Source: Eledone cirrhosa (taxonomy: Eukaryota). From it: a stretch of DNA of 64,000 bases. The translations under genes and the position numbers were made by a program. The DNA is taken from NCBI GenBank assembly GCA_964016885.1, contig OZ024742.1, forward strand, positions 247,814,001 through 247,878,000. The letters run 5' to 3'. Of the stretch, positions 43,562-56,929 are shown in pieces. The notes under the pieces were generated by a model. That model worked only from the letters and a program-made list of their open reading frames with translations. It was not told the DNA's origin and searched no databases. The number at the start of each line of letters is the position of its first letter. The stretch's first letter is position 1.

Positions 43562-43939
43562 GTAGGAGGTGAGAAATATTGTAGAACAATAAAACTATGC
43601 ATATATCAGATAAGTAGCACTCAACAGTTGGTAGAACTGGAGTATATATGAAGAAGAAATTAAAAGATAGTTTTAAAAGTTTCATATATTTTATTATGCG
43701 CATTTCGAAAACAACATCATCCTGGGACAAAAATTGTGTTCTAATCAGATAAAATAAAGTAACATGATATGAGGCCTAAAAGCACTTGTGAACAAGAAAG
43801 TGTCCATATATATATGTCAAAAATATAAGAAAAGAGAAAAAATAGGAAAAATTAAGAAAAGGAAAGAAGAAGGAAAAAGGAAAAAGAAATAGAAGAGAGG
43901 AAAAAAGAAAGAAAGAAGGAGGAGAGAGAAAGAGAAAGA

Positions 43940-44008
<69 letters not shown>

Positions 44009-45315
44009 TTGATCGGGAACGCTGTCAAAAATGAAAAACAGCTGTAAATAACGGCTAAAAAAATAAATAAATAAATTGATGTGGTGTATGTGCTATTACA
44101 AATATTATAGGTCTAGAATCTAGAAACTGGGTATATTATTTTATAATGAGTTTGAATACTAAAAGTTGGATTTAGAAGCGTAAACATGTATTAATAAAAT
44201 AAAATAAAATAAAATAAAATTAAATTAAATTAAATTAAATTAAATATAATTATAATATTTATAAAAATGGGTTTTTAAAATAAAATAAAATAAAATAAAA
44301 TAAGATAGAATAGAATAATAAATAAGAATAGTCTATCTATGTCAAAATTAAAAATTACTATTAAAAATGTATATATGTGGGGTACAGTATTTAATTATTA
44401 TTTTATATCAACAAGTAAATAAAGAAAATTGCTAGAAAGGTTTATAAACGTAGAAAGTCATATGACGCCGTAGTTTGTTTATAAAATCTACGAAGGTTTG
44501 AACGAAATTTAAGGCAATAGAGGAAAAGAGGTGAAAGGCTTAAAAATGCAGAGAAAAGAGAATTAATACATTGTAGAATATAATGAAATGTGTGAGAAAA
44601 AATGTGTGAAAAGATGTGTAGGAAATATATATGTGTAAAAAATTAACCGTTATTCGTGGAATATGTTATAGGACACTAGCTGTAAACTTTGTGAAAGGTC
44701 TTAAAAGATTTATGATTACAAAGACCAAGTAAGTCCGTACGTCTATTTATAAAAGAGTTGAAATTCTAGATAATGGTACATTTTTCAGCTAGACATAAAT
44801 TACTAACCCTAGGTATGGAAGCATTGGAGTAAGGAAAAGCGTTGCAAATTTTACCCCAAAACAGTTCGTAATTAATGTTTATGTCTTTTAAGGACCAAAT
44901 AAGTTCTGAGAGTGCGGTGCTGGTCCTTTTAAGTGGATGTTTAAATGTAGAAGAATGGTTATAGAGTATTGCTTTAAAAGAAGTAGAGCCAATACAGGTA
45001 TAGGTATTGGTACTAGTTACCACTTTACATTCGTTTTTATCGAGACAGAAATTACTTTTTTCCTCTCTTCTATTTCTTTTTTCCTTTTTCTTCTTCTTTC
45101 CTTTTCTTCATTTTTCCTATTTTTTCTCTTCTCTTATATTTTTGTCATATATAGACATGGACACTTTCTTGTTCACAAGTGTTTTTAAGCCTCATATCAT
45201 GTTACCTTATTTTATCTGATGAGAACACAATTTTTGTCCCACGATGATGTTGTTTTCGAAATGCGCATAATAAAATATATTGAACTTTTTTAACCATCTT
45301 TTAATTTCTTCTTTA
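43561..45315 (-). mobile_element. Second-family Penelope-like element: GIY-YIG C-terminal remnant bounded by HHR-containing inverted arms
   Basis: ORF 44766-45023 reads CIGSTSFK..YNHSSTF..TALSELIWSLK..W..PY..NLCLAEKCTII, a PLE GIY-YIG pattern. ~43645-43905 is inverted at ~45057-45315. Confidence 0.8.
45208..45277 (+). ncRNA. Type I hammerhead ribozyme motif in a PLE inverted arm
   Basis: TATTTTAT-CTGATGA-GAACAC...GTTTTC-GAAA-TGCGCA-TA-ATAAAATA. Confidence 0.8.
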
Positions 45316-45372
45316 TATATATATATATATTGGAAAATGAATGACATCCTTAGTACAGTTAGGTATATTTAA

Positions 45373-45761
45373 AAAAAAAGGAAAATAATGACTCCACATG
45401 TAGTGTTAAAAAAAATATGATTCAATGTTATAATATAATATTATAATATTATGAGTTGGTAGATCCAGTAAGTTCTTTGTTAACTTCGGTGGGAAGAATT
45501 TTAGAGATTCCTGGTTAACTTGGGTTGGAGAACTTTCTCGCATGCGCATGCCTGTGGCGATTGTCTGATCTCAGTTTGACAATCGGCACAGACAGATGAA
45601 TGCGAGAAAGTTCTCCAACCCAAGTTAACCAGAAATCTCTAAAATTCTTGCCACCGAAGTTAATAAAGAGCTTACTGGATTTACCAACACATAATATTAT
45701 AATATTATATTAAATCATAAATTTTTTAACACTACAAGTGAAGTCATTCTTTTCCTTTTTT
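45373..45761. repeat. Long imperfect palindrome (~190-bp arms) between (TA)n tracts
   Basis: GGTTAACTTGGGTTGGAGAACTTTCTCGCAT / ATGCGAGAAAGTTCTCCAACCCAAGTTAACC and further pairs; centre ~45570. Confidence 0.85.
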
Positions 45762-45762
45762 C

Positions 45763-45802
<40 letters not shown>

Positions 45803-45806
<4 letters not shown>

Positions 45807-46032
45807 AAAGTAAATTGAAAATGCAACAGGAGTCTTTTAAGATGCGAAACAAACAACAACAGAAACACAAACCCTACTTCCCAATTCTACTTTTTTGAAA
45901 ATCATAAGAACTGTGAAACCGGTAAAGGAAATAAATAAATATTCTTAAAATGCTCCAGTTACATTTTCAATTTCTTTTTCTTATACTTTCACCTTTGTAG
46001 GACATCTCATAAAAAAAACCCTCATTTTCTCA
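45803..46032. mobile_element. Third copy of the 23337 family (reverse orientation)
   Basis: TTGAAAA..CTGTGAAACCGGTAAAGG at 45895-45928. Terminus CTTTCACC..GTAGGACA matches the reverse complement of 23378-23400. Confidence 0.7.
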
Positions 46033-46044
46033 TATATATATATA

Positions 46045-46290
46045 TCTGTATATATATAAAGACGAAATTTTCTGTATGTGTGTGTATGTGTGTGTGTGAC
46101 AATTTTGAATGAGGGCTCATATATTCTAAACCATTCATGCGATTTCTTTGAAATTTTTTACAGAGGTTCTCCTTGCGCAAAACCTGTACATGATCTACAA
46201 AGGCTTTCAAGAATCGATATTAGGGCTTTTGGAGACATTAAAACAGTTTTGGTTATTTGTGCCAATTTTCGTGATTGAGTCAGGCAAGAG
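46045..46290 (+). mobile_element. Possible Helitron 5' fragment
   Basis: Starts TCTGTATATATATAAAG followed by a TGTG-rich tract, like the 5' end of 60862-61452. No CTAG 3' end seen. Confidence 0.45.
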
Positions 46291-46745
46291 TTATCTTTAA
46301 GGTGGTTAAGTCATCGTAGCAAAGAAGAAGTTCAAGGTGGCTACGACGACTTAACCACCTTGAACTTCTTCTTTGCTCTACTACGACTTTTATTACTCTC
46401 TGAACTCACTTTCTGTACCCTTATTTTCTCTTTCTCCCTTATCTCCTCTTATTTTTTAACTTTTTCTTATGTTATTCCCACCTACTCTCTACCATACCCT
46501 TTACCTACCCACCCCCTTTTGATTTTTAGATATTAATTTTACGTGTATGTATGTTGTCGTGTATATGTGTATATAAGTGTATAAATATATGTATGTACAT
46601 GTGTATATGTATGTTTACATTTTTTTATATATATGTGTATGTGTATTCATGTGTATATATATATATATGTGTATGTATGTGTGTTTATATGTGTGTGTGT
46701 ATTTTTATTTATATGGTGTTGTAACCCTTTGTACTCATGTGTGTG

Positions 46746-46778
<33 letters not shown>

Positions 46779-46787
46779 GTGAGCATA

Positions 46788-46855
46788 CGGCACTTACTTA
46801 AATGTAAGTATGTATGTATACGTACATACATATATGTATACAGACGTACAGTAGC

Positions 46856-46924
<69 letters not shown>

Positions 46925-47045
46925 CAGGCACACATATATATATGTACGTATCAGTTTAGCGAATATTTATTATAACATTCGCTTTGTTCGAATGTTATAA
47001 TAAATATTCGCTAAACTGATACGTACATATATATATGTGTGCCTG

Positions 47046-47084
<39 letters not shown>

Positions 47085-47516
47085 GCTACTGTACGTCTGT
47101 ACACATATATGTATGTACGTATACATACATACTTACATTTAAGTAAGTGACGTACTAAGAGTGAGGAATGAAATTTCGTTTCATTCTATTCCAACTTACC
47201 GTTTCCGGTGCGCCTGGCCGACTGAACTCACTCGATATGCAAATTAGGCTGCTCAGCCGTTAATTTTCATAAGGAAAGTATATACTTTCGAACGTTCAAC
47301 CATCTTGCAGAAGGGTATACGGTGCTGACGATAGCTAACAAGCTTGAAACTAGTACATCGTTCCTGTGTCAGTGTTGAACTAAAAGGTGACGTGGTTGCC
47401 TTAACACCGTACGGCATAAATCAGGCTGTCCGTTTGTTTACAAACGAACAAAGCGAATGTTATAATAAATATTCGCTAAACTGATACGTACATACATATA
47501 TGTGTGCCTGTATGTG

Positions 47517-47583
<67 letters not shown>

Positions 47584-47693
47584 GCTACTGTACGACTGTA
47601 TACATATATGTATGTACGTATACATACATACTTACATTTAAGTAAGTGCCGCACTAAGAGTGAGAAATGAAGTTTCGTTTCATTCTATTCCAA

Positions 47694-47697
<4 letters not shown>
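46788..47697 (+). repeat. ~466-bp HHR monomer as a 1.5-mer, preceded by an inverted partial copy
   Basis: CGAATGTTATAATAAATATTCGC at 46989 and 47455. 46788-46981 is the inverted copy of 46989-47150. Confidence 0.85.
47319..47361 (+). ncRNA. Minimal type I hammerhead ribozyme with palindromic stem III
   Basis: ACGGTG-CTGACGA-TAGC taacaa GCTT-GAAA-CTAG-TA-CATCGT. Confidence 0.85.
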
Positions 47698-47745
<48 letters not shown>

Positions 47746-48056
47746 GGCTTGTGTTGTGCAATTTCTTACCACGTGTGTTTGGTCATTTATTATTATTATT
47801 ATTATTATTTTTATTATTCTTATTTTTATTTTAAATTTTGCCGTCTTGTATCGCTGTCAACTTAATAATATTTTTTATTTTTTATTTTCTTAATCCTTAT
47901 TTATATTTGCTTATTTGTATGTGACGGCCTACTATGATTATTTATTCTTAATTGTGTGTGTGCATATGTATCCTTTTATTGGTGAGTACGTATGCATATG
48001 TATATATGTATGTATGTGTACATATATGTATATATATATATGTATGTGTGTGCATG

Positions 48057-48141
<85 letters not shown>

Positions 48142-48427
48142 ATGTGTCTCTGTGTATATATATGTGTATATATGCGTGTATATATGTATATATATATATA
48201 TATGTGAGTGTGTGTGCGTATGTGAGTGAGTGTGTGTAATGTGTGTTGTTATATATTCTTATTTATTATCCTCCCCCAGTCCCCACCTCTTTTTTTTTTC
48301 TCCAGCCTCACTTTCATATCTGTTATATTTGTTTTTCAAATCCACTGTCAATAAAGACACCAGGATTTTTTCATTCTTTCAAGAAACCACTGGTAAATGA
48401 AATAATTTTCTTATGTTGTTTATTACA

Positions 48428-48481
<54 letters not shown>

Positions 48482-48586
48482 TGCGTATATGCATCACCTA
48501 TTCAAATATATATATGCACACACACATATATATATATATATATGTACATATATATATATGTATATATATATATGTATATATATATT

Positions 48587-48617
<31 letters not shown>

Positions 48618-48636
48618 GTATATATATATATATGTG

Positions 48637-48838
<202 letters not shown>

Positions 48839-49483
48839 CATATATATATACGTTCATATCAAGTTACTTACATATTCGATTACACACCACCGATCGTCAC
48901 TCTGATATAAATACATACATACATCTACACTCATACGTGCGTGTTCACACACATATACGCATGTAAACACACACATACGCACACTACAAACATATACACA
49001 CATGGCCAGCTACATTCAAATATACATTATTAATTATATATTTAACGAAATATATATTAAGAAATATAAATACGTAATGTTCGCTTTCACTTAGTTAAGT
49101 AAGCTATTCTCGTGAGAGATGAAATGGTGGACATTTGCCATCGATGGCTGGTATGTATTGTCTTAAACTAACTTCACATACAAAATCAGGACAAATCAAT
49201 GTACAGACAAACAGCACACATCTGGTTGTTTGCGCTGCTAGAAATAGAGAACAATATACACTGAAATAACATATCACCATATTCATGATTATCAATACAT
49301 ATACCGGCAAGATAGCCTACATCAGGTAATTTGTCCTTCTGGAAGTAGTAGCAAGAAAACAATGAATATACATATAGAGAGAGAAAGCGAGAGAGAAATT
49401 AATAAATTGCATGATATCACCAATTGACACGTGTTTCGTTAATATGTAATTGATTGCATCTAGAATTGCTCATCCGATGTCTG

Positions 49484-49546
<63 letters not shown>

Positions 49547-49911
49547 CACACACACACATACATAGACATACATGTACAGAGGAGCTTTGCTAGAGATAAA
49601 TATAGGTTGCATAAAATTATAAAAGTATGGAAATATCAACAACTATATTGTGAATCATAGATATGTACATTTTCAAAGGTGTTCCTGCTAGGGAACCGCC
49701 ATTGATGCAGCACACTTTATAATTAGCTTTTCTTGGTTGGCCATTGACGCAAAAGGTAGTTTGTTGCTTCGCCGCAGGCTGTTGGTTGAACCGGGTCCTG
49801 GTCGACAACATGTAGAGATGTCCCTTAAAAGCATCTACTTATACAGCATGTAGATCTAACATTATTTGGCAGTTTCTTTATTAAAGAACTAATCTCTTGA
49901 ATATATATACA

Positions 49912-49975
<64 letters not shown>

Positions 49976-49989
49976 CATACGTCTCTCTG

Positions 49990-50250
49990 TGGATGCACAT
50001 GGCTTAGTGGTAAGGGTGTTGGATTTACGATCATAATGTCGTAGGTTCGATTCTTGGGCAGGGTTGTGTGTTGTGTTATTGAGGAAAAATACTTCATTTC
50101 ACGTTTCTCCAATATACTCAGCTGAAAATGAGTACCAGCTATTGCTGGTACTCATTTTCGTGTTGTACTGTCAGTCGCTTCACAGCATGAAACCAGGATA
50201 AGCACCGGCCAAATGAGCCTTCTGGTTTAAGACAGACTTTAGACTTTTAT
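49990..50250 (+). mobile_element. SINE family B
   Basis: TGGCTTAGTGGTAAGG A-box, GGTTCGATTC B-box and tail AGACAGACTTTAGAC matching 4955-5250. Confidence 0.8.
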
Positions 50251-50299
50251 ATATATATATATATATATATATTCATACATATAGGAATACATATCTATG

Positions 50300-50339
<40 letters not shown>

Positions 50340-50624
50340 ATAAAAAGGACGATTTATTACGTCTTTATTACGTTTATTGAGTAGTGACGCGCATTTCGCT
50401 ATTAATCAGCTCAAAGTTCGATCTGTATCGATTTACCCAACTCTGGAATGAAAAGCTCGCCGAACTTCTGTTGTGGTAATGACAGAATGGTGAACGGTGA
50501 ACTTACAGTAACTGGACGTTACAATCCTTAAAAAAATATATATATATATATATATATTTATTAAAATAACAGATTAAAGTTTAAGCAAAGAATCGCTGCT
50601 TTCACCCTTAACGGGATCTTCTGA

Positions 50625-50668
<44 letters not shown>

Positions 50669-52213
50669 ATCCATCTAGCTATCTCTCTCTATATATATAC
50701 ATAGAGAGAGAGAGAGAGCGAGAGAGAGAGAGAGTGAGAGGAAGAGGAGAGAGACAGAAGAGATATGGTGAGTGAGGGAAAGAGCGAGAGAGAGAGCGGA
50801 AAGGGGAGATAGTGAGACTAATAGAGTGAAATACGATGGTGATCGATATTCAACTCCTGACGTTGGTGTTGAACTGTGTCATAGTATACAACCCAAGAAC
50901 AATACCGACAACATTAATCAACGTTCCTAACAGGCTCAGTTTCCCAAATCTGACTCACTAACTTTGGTCAAGCCGAATGTATGATAGAAAATGAAAATAT
51001 TAGGTCAATGAGCCATGCAGTGAAATCCACCTCCAAACTATTTAATTGTTAAGGAATCTTCTTAACCACATGACCACAATTTGCATCCATATACTCCTAA
51101 CTAAAACGTTTGGTTGTTTATCTAAGACTAAAATTTACCATTTTTCAGAAATGGTTCTAGTAGAATCTTTTTAACAAATATATATATATAATGATTCTGT
51201 GGTTGTGTTCTCCTCCTAGCATTTTTATATATTGGGATGTAACTGTTTAAATATTGCGATTGCCAGCGCCCATCAGCTAAACAGGCAGAACATATAACTG
51301 CCTTAATCAAATCTATCTGTTCACTCAGCTGGAAAAATGGCAGCACCATAAATATTGAATTGTCAGTTATGCCATATGTAAATCCAACTAATACAGTGAC
51401 AGTATAAAATGGTGATATCTCTGTTGCTTCGGTAGAAATATAGCGCAAGTACATATAGTAATACATATCTTTGTCCAGCAGGCGGATGTATTATCTAACA
51501 GCTACCCCAGCTTGGTAAAAAAAAACAACAAAGATCCCGGCTAACCACATCCTTATGTTTAAAAAAGGGAAGCTTATGATAGGCGTGTTCTTCGACACGT
51601 TAGGAGAGAATGGTATATAAGCAGGTGACAACACTTGGGCATAGAACTTAATATATATGTGTGATAATTGGTGTGGGATGCTTAAAACATCCGTATGTTG
51701 TAGGCCGTTTGAGCACTCGATGCTCTTACAGAGCAGAGTATAATATCACATAAGAAACGGAGAATCAGTGGTGCGACGAATTAAAATGTATTAGACATAT
51801 TACAATCGTTTCTCTGGCGACCAGCTCGAGGCATGATCGATGCGATGATCGAACCTGACTCTGAAATCGCAAGATCCTCAGATACGTCTCGAATTTTCAA
51901 ACCAGAGTTTCCAAATGTCCAGTTAATCCCGCGGCCTTCGCTCGCCAGCTTGTATTCTGTGGTTGACTGTCGATGAGTGTTCAAGAATTGTACACGTCAT
52001 CGGTATTTCTGAACACTCATGGCCGTCATATGTCACCTGTCAATCAAAGTTGTTTATTTAGCGGAATTACTACTGTAGGAGATACGGGTTGTATGGTTGA
52101 AGCGCTGGCACCCTGCCGCAGCCTTCCCGGCCTGTGGACACCCACACCGACTTACCTCCTACAGTAGTAATTGTTTATGTACGATTGTAGATAAAACCTA
52201 TGCATTAATGTAA

Positions 52214-52267
<54 letters not shown>

Positions 52268-52270
<3 letters not shown>

Positions 52271-52603
52271 TCTGGTGGTGAAGAGAGACATAATAGGAAA
52301 TGTAGAATAAGATGTATCGTGTGTAGAGGAACGTAGCAAAGCGCGTAAAAAATAAAAATAATAACACGAGACAACAGAGGCCACGTACCGTTCGTCTCCG
52401 ACAGATAACCCCCCCCCCCCCGCCGGAAAACCCCCAGTTGATGGATGCGAATCCGAAATATAGGGAGAATTAAATCTCTCCCAAGGTAACTCTATCTCGT
52501 GTAATTATTTTTCATTTTCTACGCTCTTTCCTACGTTCCTCTACACACTATACATCTCATTCTACATTTCCTCTTACATCTCTCTCTCTTCAACACCGGA
52601 TTC
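52268..52603. repeat. Inverted repeat element (~110-bp diverged arms)
   Basis: GAATCTGGTG..GTGTAGAGGAACGTAG..ACACGAGA / TCTCGTGT..CTACGTTCCTCTACAC..CACCGGATTC. Confidence 0.75.
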
Positions 52604-52809
52604 TGTTACCCGGAGATTTACCCATTTGCATTGTTGAGGCTTCCAAAACAACAACAAACAATTATTTATATATACATACTCAAATACACACGTACAACTA
52701 TTTCTGTATGTTTATATATACTGATTGACGATTTGCGTTAGGCCCCACACATTTCAAGTTTCACTTTGTAACATACTAACGGCTCTATTTTTCATAAGTA
52801 TGTATGTAC

Positions 52810-53190
52810 GTATGGTATTGAAGGACCCCTAGTCTTTGTCAGGGCTTTCTTCCAGGACATGGCAACTCAGAAAACTGGGATAACTTCGACATAAAACCTG
52901 CGGCTCAGTGGTTACCGATGATGTTGTGCTTTTCTTCTTTTCGAGTTATAGCTACTTTACCTCAGAGAGTGGGATTGGCTCGGTGCACAGTCTTTCTTCA
53001 CTTAAAAAAAAATCTTCACGCACAAACATTGCACGATAGCATTAATTAATGATTATTAATAATGTTATATCGAGCAATGGCCATACTCGATAACGAGGGG
53101 GCAGCCATCATGTATGTATGTATGTATGTATGTATGTATGTATGTATGTATGTATGTATGTATGTATGTATGTATGTATGTATGTATGTA
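52810..53190 (+). mobile_element. Short non-autonomous element with an RTE-like 3' end and (ATGT)n tail
   Basis: Ends TACTCGATAACGAGGGGCAGCCATCA followed by (TGTA)n, resembling the RTE 3' end TACTCTTGGCAGAGTTTGCAGCCATCA at ~60130-60155. Confidence 0.5.
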
Positions 53191-53229
53191 TCACCGTAAG
53201 CGAAATGCATTGAGCAGCGGCTGGACCTG

Positions 53230-54480
53230 TATCAGTTGTTATCGATGTGAAAAAGGATTATAATACAGTCAATACAATTGCTCTTTGGAATATTTCCAGG
53301 AAGCTCGGGTGTTCTGATAATTTTTTCTCTGTGTTTAGAGGTTTCCATGATGGGATGAGGGCAAGTGTTAACCTGGAGGGTAAGCTCCCTGATCCCTGCT
53401 GCAAATGCTATTACGCAAGGAAACATTCCGGTGGCGTCTCTGATTGAATTGTTCTTTACAATGATTGTTATGGCTTATGAAGGTTGTTAACATGGGGTCT
53501 ACATTAGATATCAAACAAAAAGTAAAATGTTCCATGTCAGAAGCTTTGTTCCCAAAACAAAGATATTTACATCACTGATACACAGACACCTATATGCTGA
53601 CGACTGTGATCTTGTCGCTTATTCCGAGAGAGACATGCAGCATTTCATGGATTCTTTTTCGAAAACATGCAGTGCATTGGGCCTAACAGTCAGTCTGATA
53701 AAGACTGTTGTGTTGTACCAATATGCACCAGGCAAAGCTTAATATATGACAAACATATATGTCTACGGCCAGAAATTGAAAATAGTGGATAGGTTTATAT
53801 ATCTAGACAGCACTGTGTCTATGACTATATTCTGGATGAAGAAATCTACCTCGGAATCAAGAAGGCAAGTAATGCATTTGGAAAACTTGATTAACGCCTA
53901 TGGTCTCAGCATGTTATTTCTACTAAGTCAAAGGTAAAAGTTAAATGCTTGTATTTTGTCCTCTGTAAGGTTGCATCAGAGACCTGGGTCACTTCTCGAA
54001 GGCATTTCAAAAGTTTGGAGTACATTCACCATCAGTTTTTTGACGTATACAATGTACGTGAGTGACAATGAAATACTCAAACGCCGTCGGTGTACCAGTA
54101 TAAAGTCTGTGATATTTCAACAAGGATTAAGATAATGTAGTTATGTAGTGAGAATGGATGCTGATCGCATCCCTAGGTAGTTCCTCTATGGTGAGCTGAT
54201 CGAAATAACTGACTGGCGCACAAACTGAAATTGAAGTACAACGATTACATTTAAAATAAACCGAGGAAGATGAAAATATCGGCAAATGACTGGGAGAAGT
54301 TCGCTCTATATCGTCTGTCTTGGTGGAATACAGTTCTTGATGGGCGGGGAGAATTTGAAAGAAGGTGAGATGAGCTTGAATATCTCAAGTGGTGTCATCG
54401 TAAGGGCTTTGTGTTCGGTTTGACTAAATATCTAGGCATACAGGTCGATTTTACTTTTAAATAATGTGGCCGGTTTTGTA
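53230..54480 (+). mobile_element. RTE/BovB-like LINE, 5'-truncated and decayed
   Basis: ALW..RKLGC..FHDGMRA, LYADDCDLVA..GLTVSLIKTVV, collinear with 56930-60155. Confidence 0.85.
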
Positions 54481-54531
54481 TATACACACACACATACACA
54501 CATACACACACACACATATATATATATATAT

Positions 54532-54579
<48 letters not shown>

Positions 54580-54681
54580 GTATATATATATACATTTCAA
54601 GTTTCAAATTTTCAAAAAGCTAACGGACAATGTATGTATATATAGTTATATATATATATGTATATATATATGTATATATAT

Positions 54682-54782
<101 letters not shown>

Positions 54783-54788
54783 ATATGC

Positions 54789-54876
<88 letters not shown>

Positions 54877-55153
54877 TTCGTATTATCTATGTACTGCTAA
54901 TTAGTTAAATACCTATCTATCAATCTTCCCACCTAGTTCCTTCCTCGTGTTAACAATCACACATACAGACACACACACATATATATACATATATATATCT
55001 ATTACTGATTATATTTTTGCATCTATCTTGTATTTCGACATCTGTACATATTTTCTACTCCCACTCCAATTCCATCTAATTTATTTCTCATACCAAGCGT
55101 ATATTGTTCTAGTAACTAATATCTTATCTCCGACCCTCCCTATCTCCTCATAG

Positions 55154-55219
<66 letters not shown>

Positions 55220-55224
55220 GTATA

Positions 55225-55269
<45 letters not shown>

Positions 55270-55284
55270 TTATATTTATATTCA

Positions 55285-55335
<51 letters not shown>

Positions 55336-56169
55336 ATATATATGTATATAAGTATATACATGATGATATATATGTGTCACATTTTCTGAAACCATATTTT
55401 CTCTTCTCTTTTCTTCTCTTCTCTCATTTCACTCCTTCCTTTATCTTTCTTTCCTTCCATTCTTCTTCTTAAGGTGGTAATCGTGCTTCAATGAACATGA
55501 ATGCATAATGTTTTGTTATCTTATAAATGCAAGGTGCAATTAGCAAGTCTAAATTGTAGGCAGTTGGTGTTAATAAGAGCTGCAGATACTAACAAGTTGA
55601 ACATCAGGGCTATACTATTGTATAAGCACGACGGAGCATACCAGAGCAGAGGAGCAAAATTAAGATTATCATCTATACCCAGAGGGAAGTTGTCTTTTAA
55701 TTAAAACATCCACACGTTTTCTTATCATCTATATTATATCTAGTGATGGAGTTTATAAAGTTATCATTCTTATTCTGCGAGTGAAAGTTTGACGGAAATG
55801 CTTTATGAATATGCTATGTGAACATTAACAAATTGGAAAGATTCGCCATTACTCAAAATATGTTATGACGGTAATGTTTATAGCGGGTCAACACGTTATC
55901 CTTCATAATTTCACTCGATTCCGTTTCCTCTATCGGAAATCTCCGCAATGTGTATGTATATATGTATATACACCTACATAATTATGTATGATTCTGAACA
56001 GAATTCTGTCTAATAAACTGACATAACCTTTGAGTCCAAGTATAAATAATTATACAATTCCTTGCGTATAAACTTTTACCTCAACTGTGAGAAAGATTGT
56101 TACTAAAACGGCTAACAGCTATTAGGAAAAAAAAGGATGTCACATTGTAATATATATATATATATATAT

Positions 56170-56710
56170 ATGTGTGTATGTGTGTGTGGGTGCTTGTTTT
56201 GTTGTGCGTTTTTTGTTTGTTTTTTGTGTGTGCGCATACGTTTGCGCCTGCGTCTCTATCTCTGTACATGTTTTCGCTTTTGTTGTGTCTACACGTGCTT
56301 TATGTGTGTTAGCGTGTGTGCCGTTTGCTGTTTTACTGTTTGTATCTTTTTTCTCTATTCCATCTTTAGTAGTTAAGCTGCGAGCTTATACTATTCCACT
56401 CGTGTTTTCTGTTCAGGCCAGGTCTATCTTCTATGATGCGTGTGGCCTCTGTAATTTGTCTGAGTGTTACGTCAGTACGATGTGTTGATCAGATCTTTAT
56501 TTCTATGTTATCTATTGAGCCCTCGAGTTCAGGTTTTGTACGTTTTTATAGAACTGATGAGCTTTGCTCCTCCTTCATTTCTCACCAGTCTTCCAGCAAT
56601 CTCTATCCTATACTTAGGGCTGTCTCGCCTATGTATTTCGTTGTCTTCCTTCTGTAAAGTCCTTCTGTACATCTGATCCAATAGACTACATTTCTTCTTT
56701 TACAGTTTAT
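56170..56710 (-). mobile_element. Penelope-like GIY-YIG 3' remnant
   Basis: My minus-strand translation gives RNVVYWIRC..KYIGETALS..LRQITEATRI..PGLNRKHEWN, with stops. Confidence 0.72.
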
Positions 56711-56875
56711 CTCTATCTATACATATATCTTTCAGTATGAAGTATTGATGCTCTGGACAAATGTCCAATGAGCTTGTTCACGGAGAAACCCAAACATCAT
56801 ATATAGTATATATTTTGTAATACCTTAAATTAGTATATATGTATATAAACATACACACACACGCCTCCCCCCACT

Positions 56876-56912
<37 letters not shown>

Positions 56913-56929
56913 TTATTTATTTACATATA

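Noticed and set aside
51128-51466. 112-aa ORF with IPIYKN..QNH
   Set aside because: At most a faint LINE RT remnant, with too little evidence for a gene or TE call.
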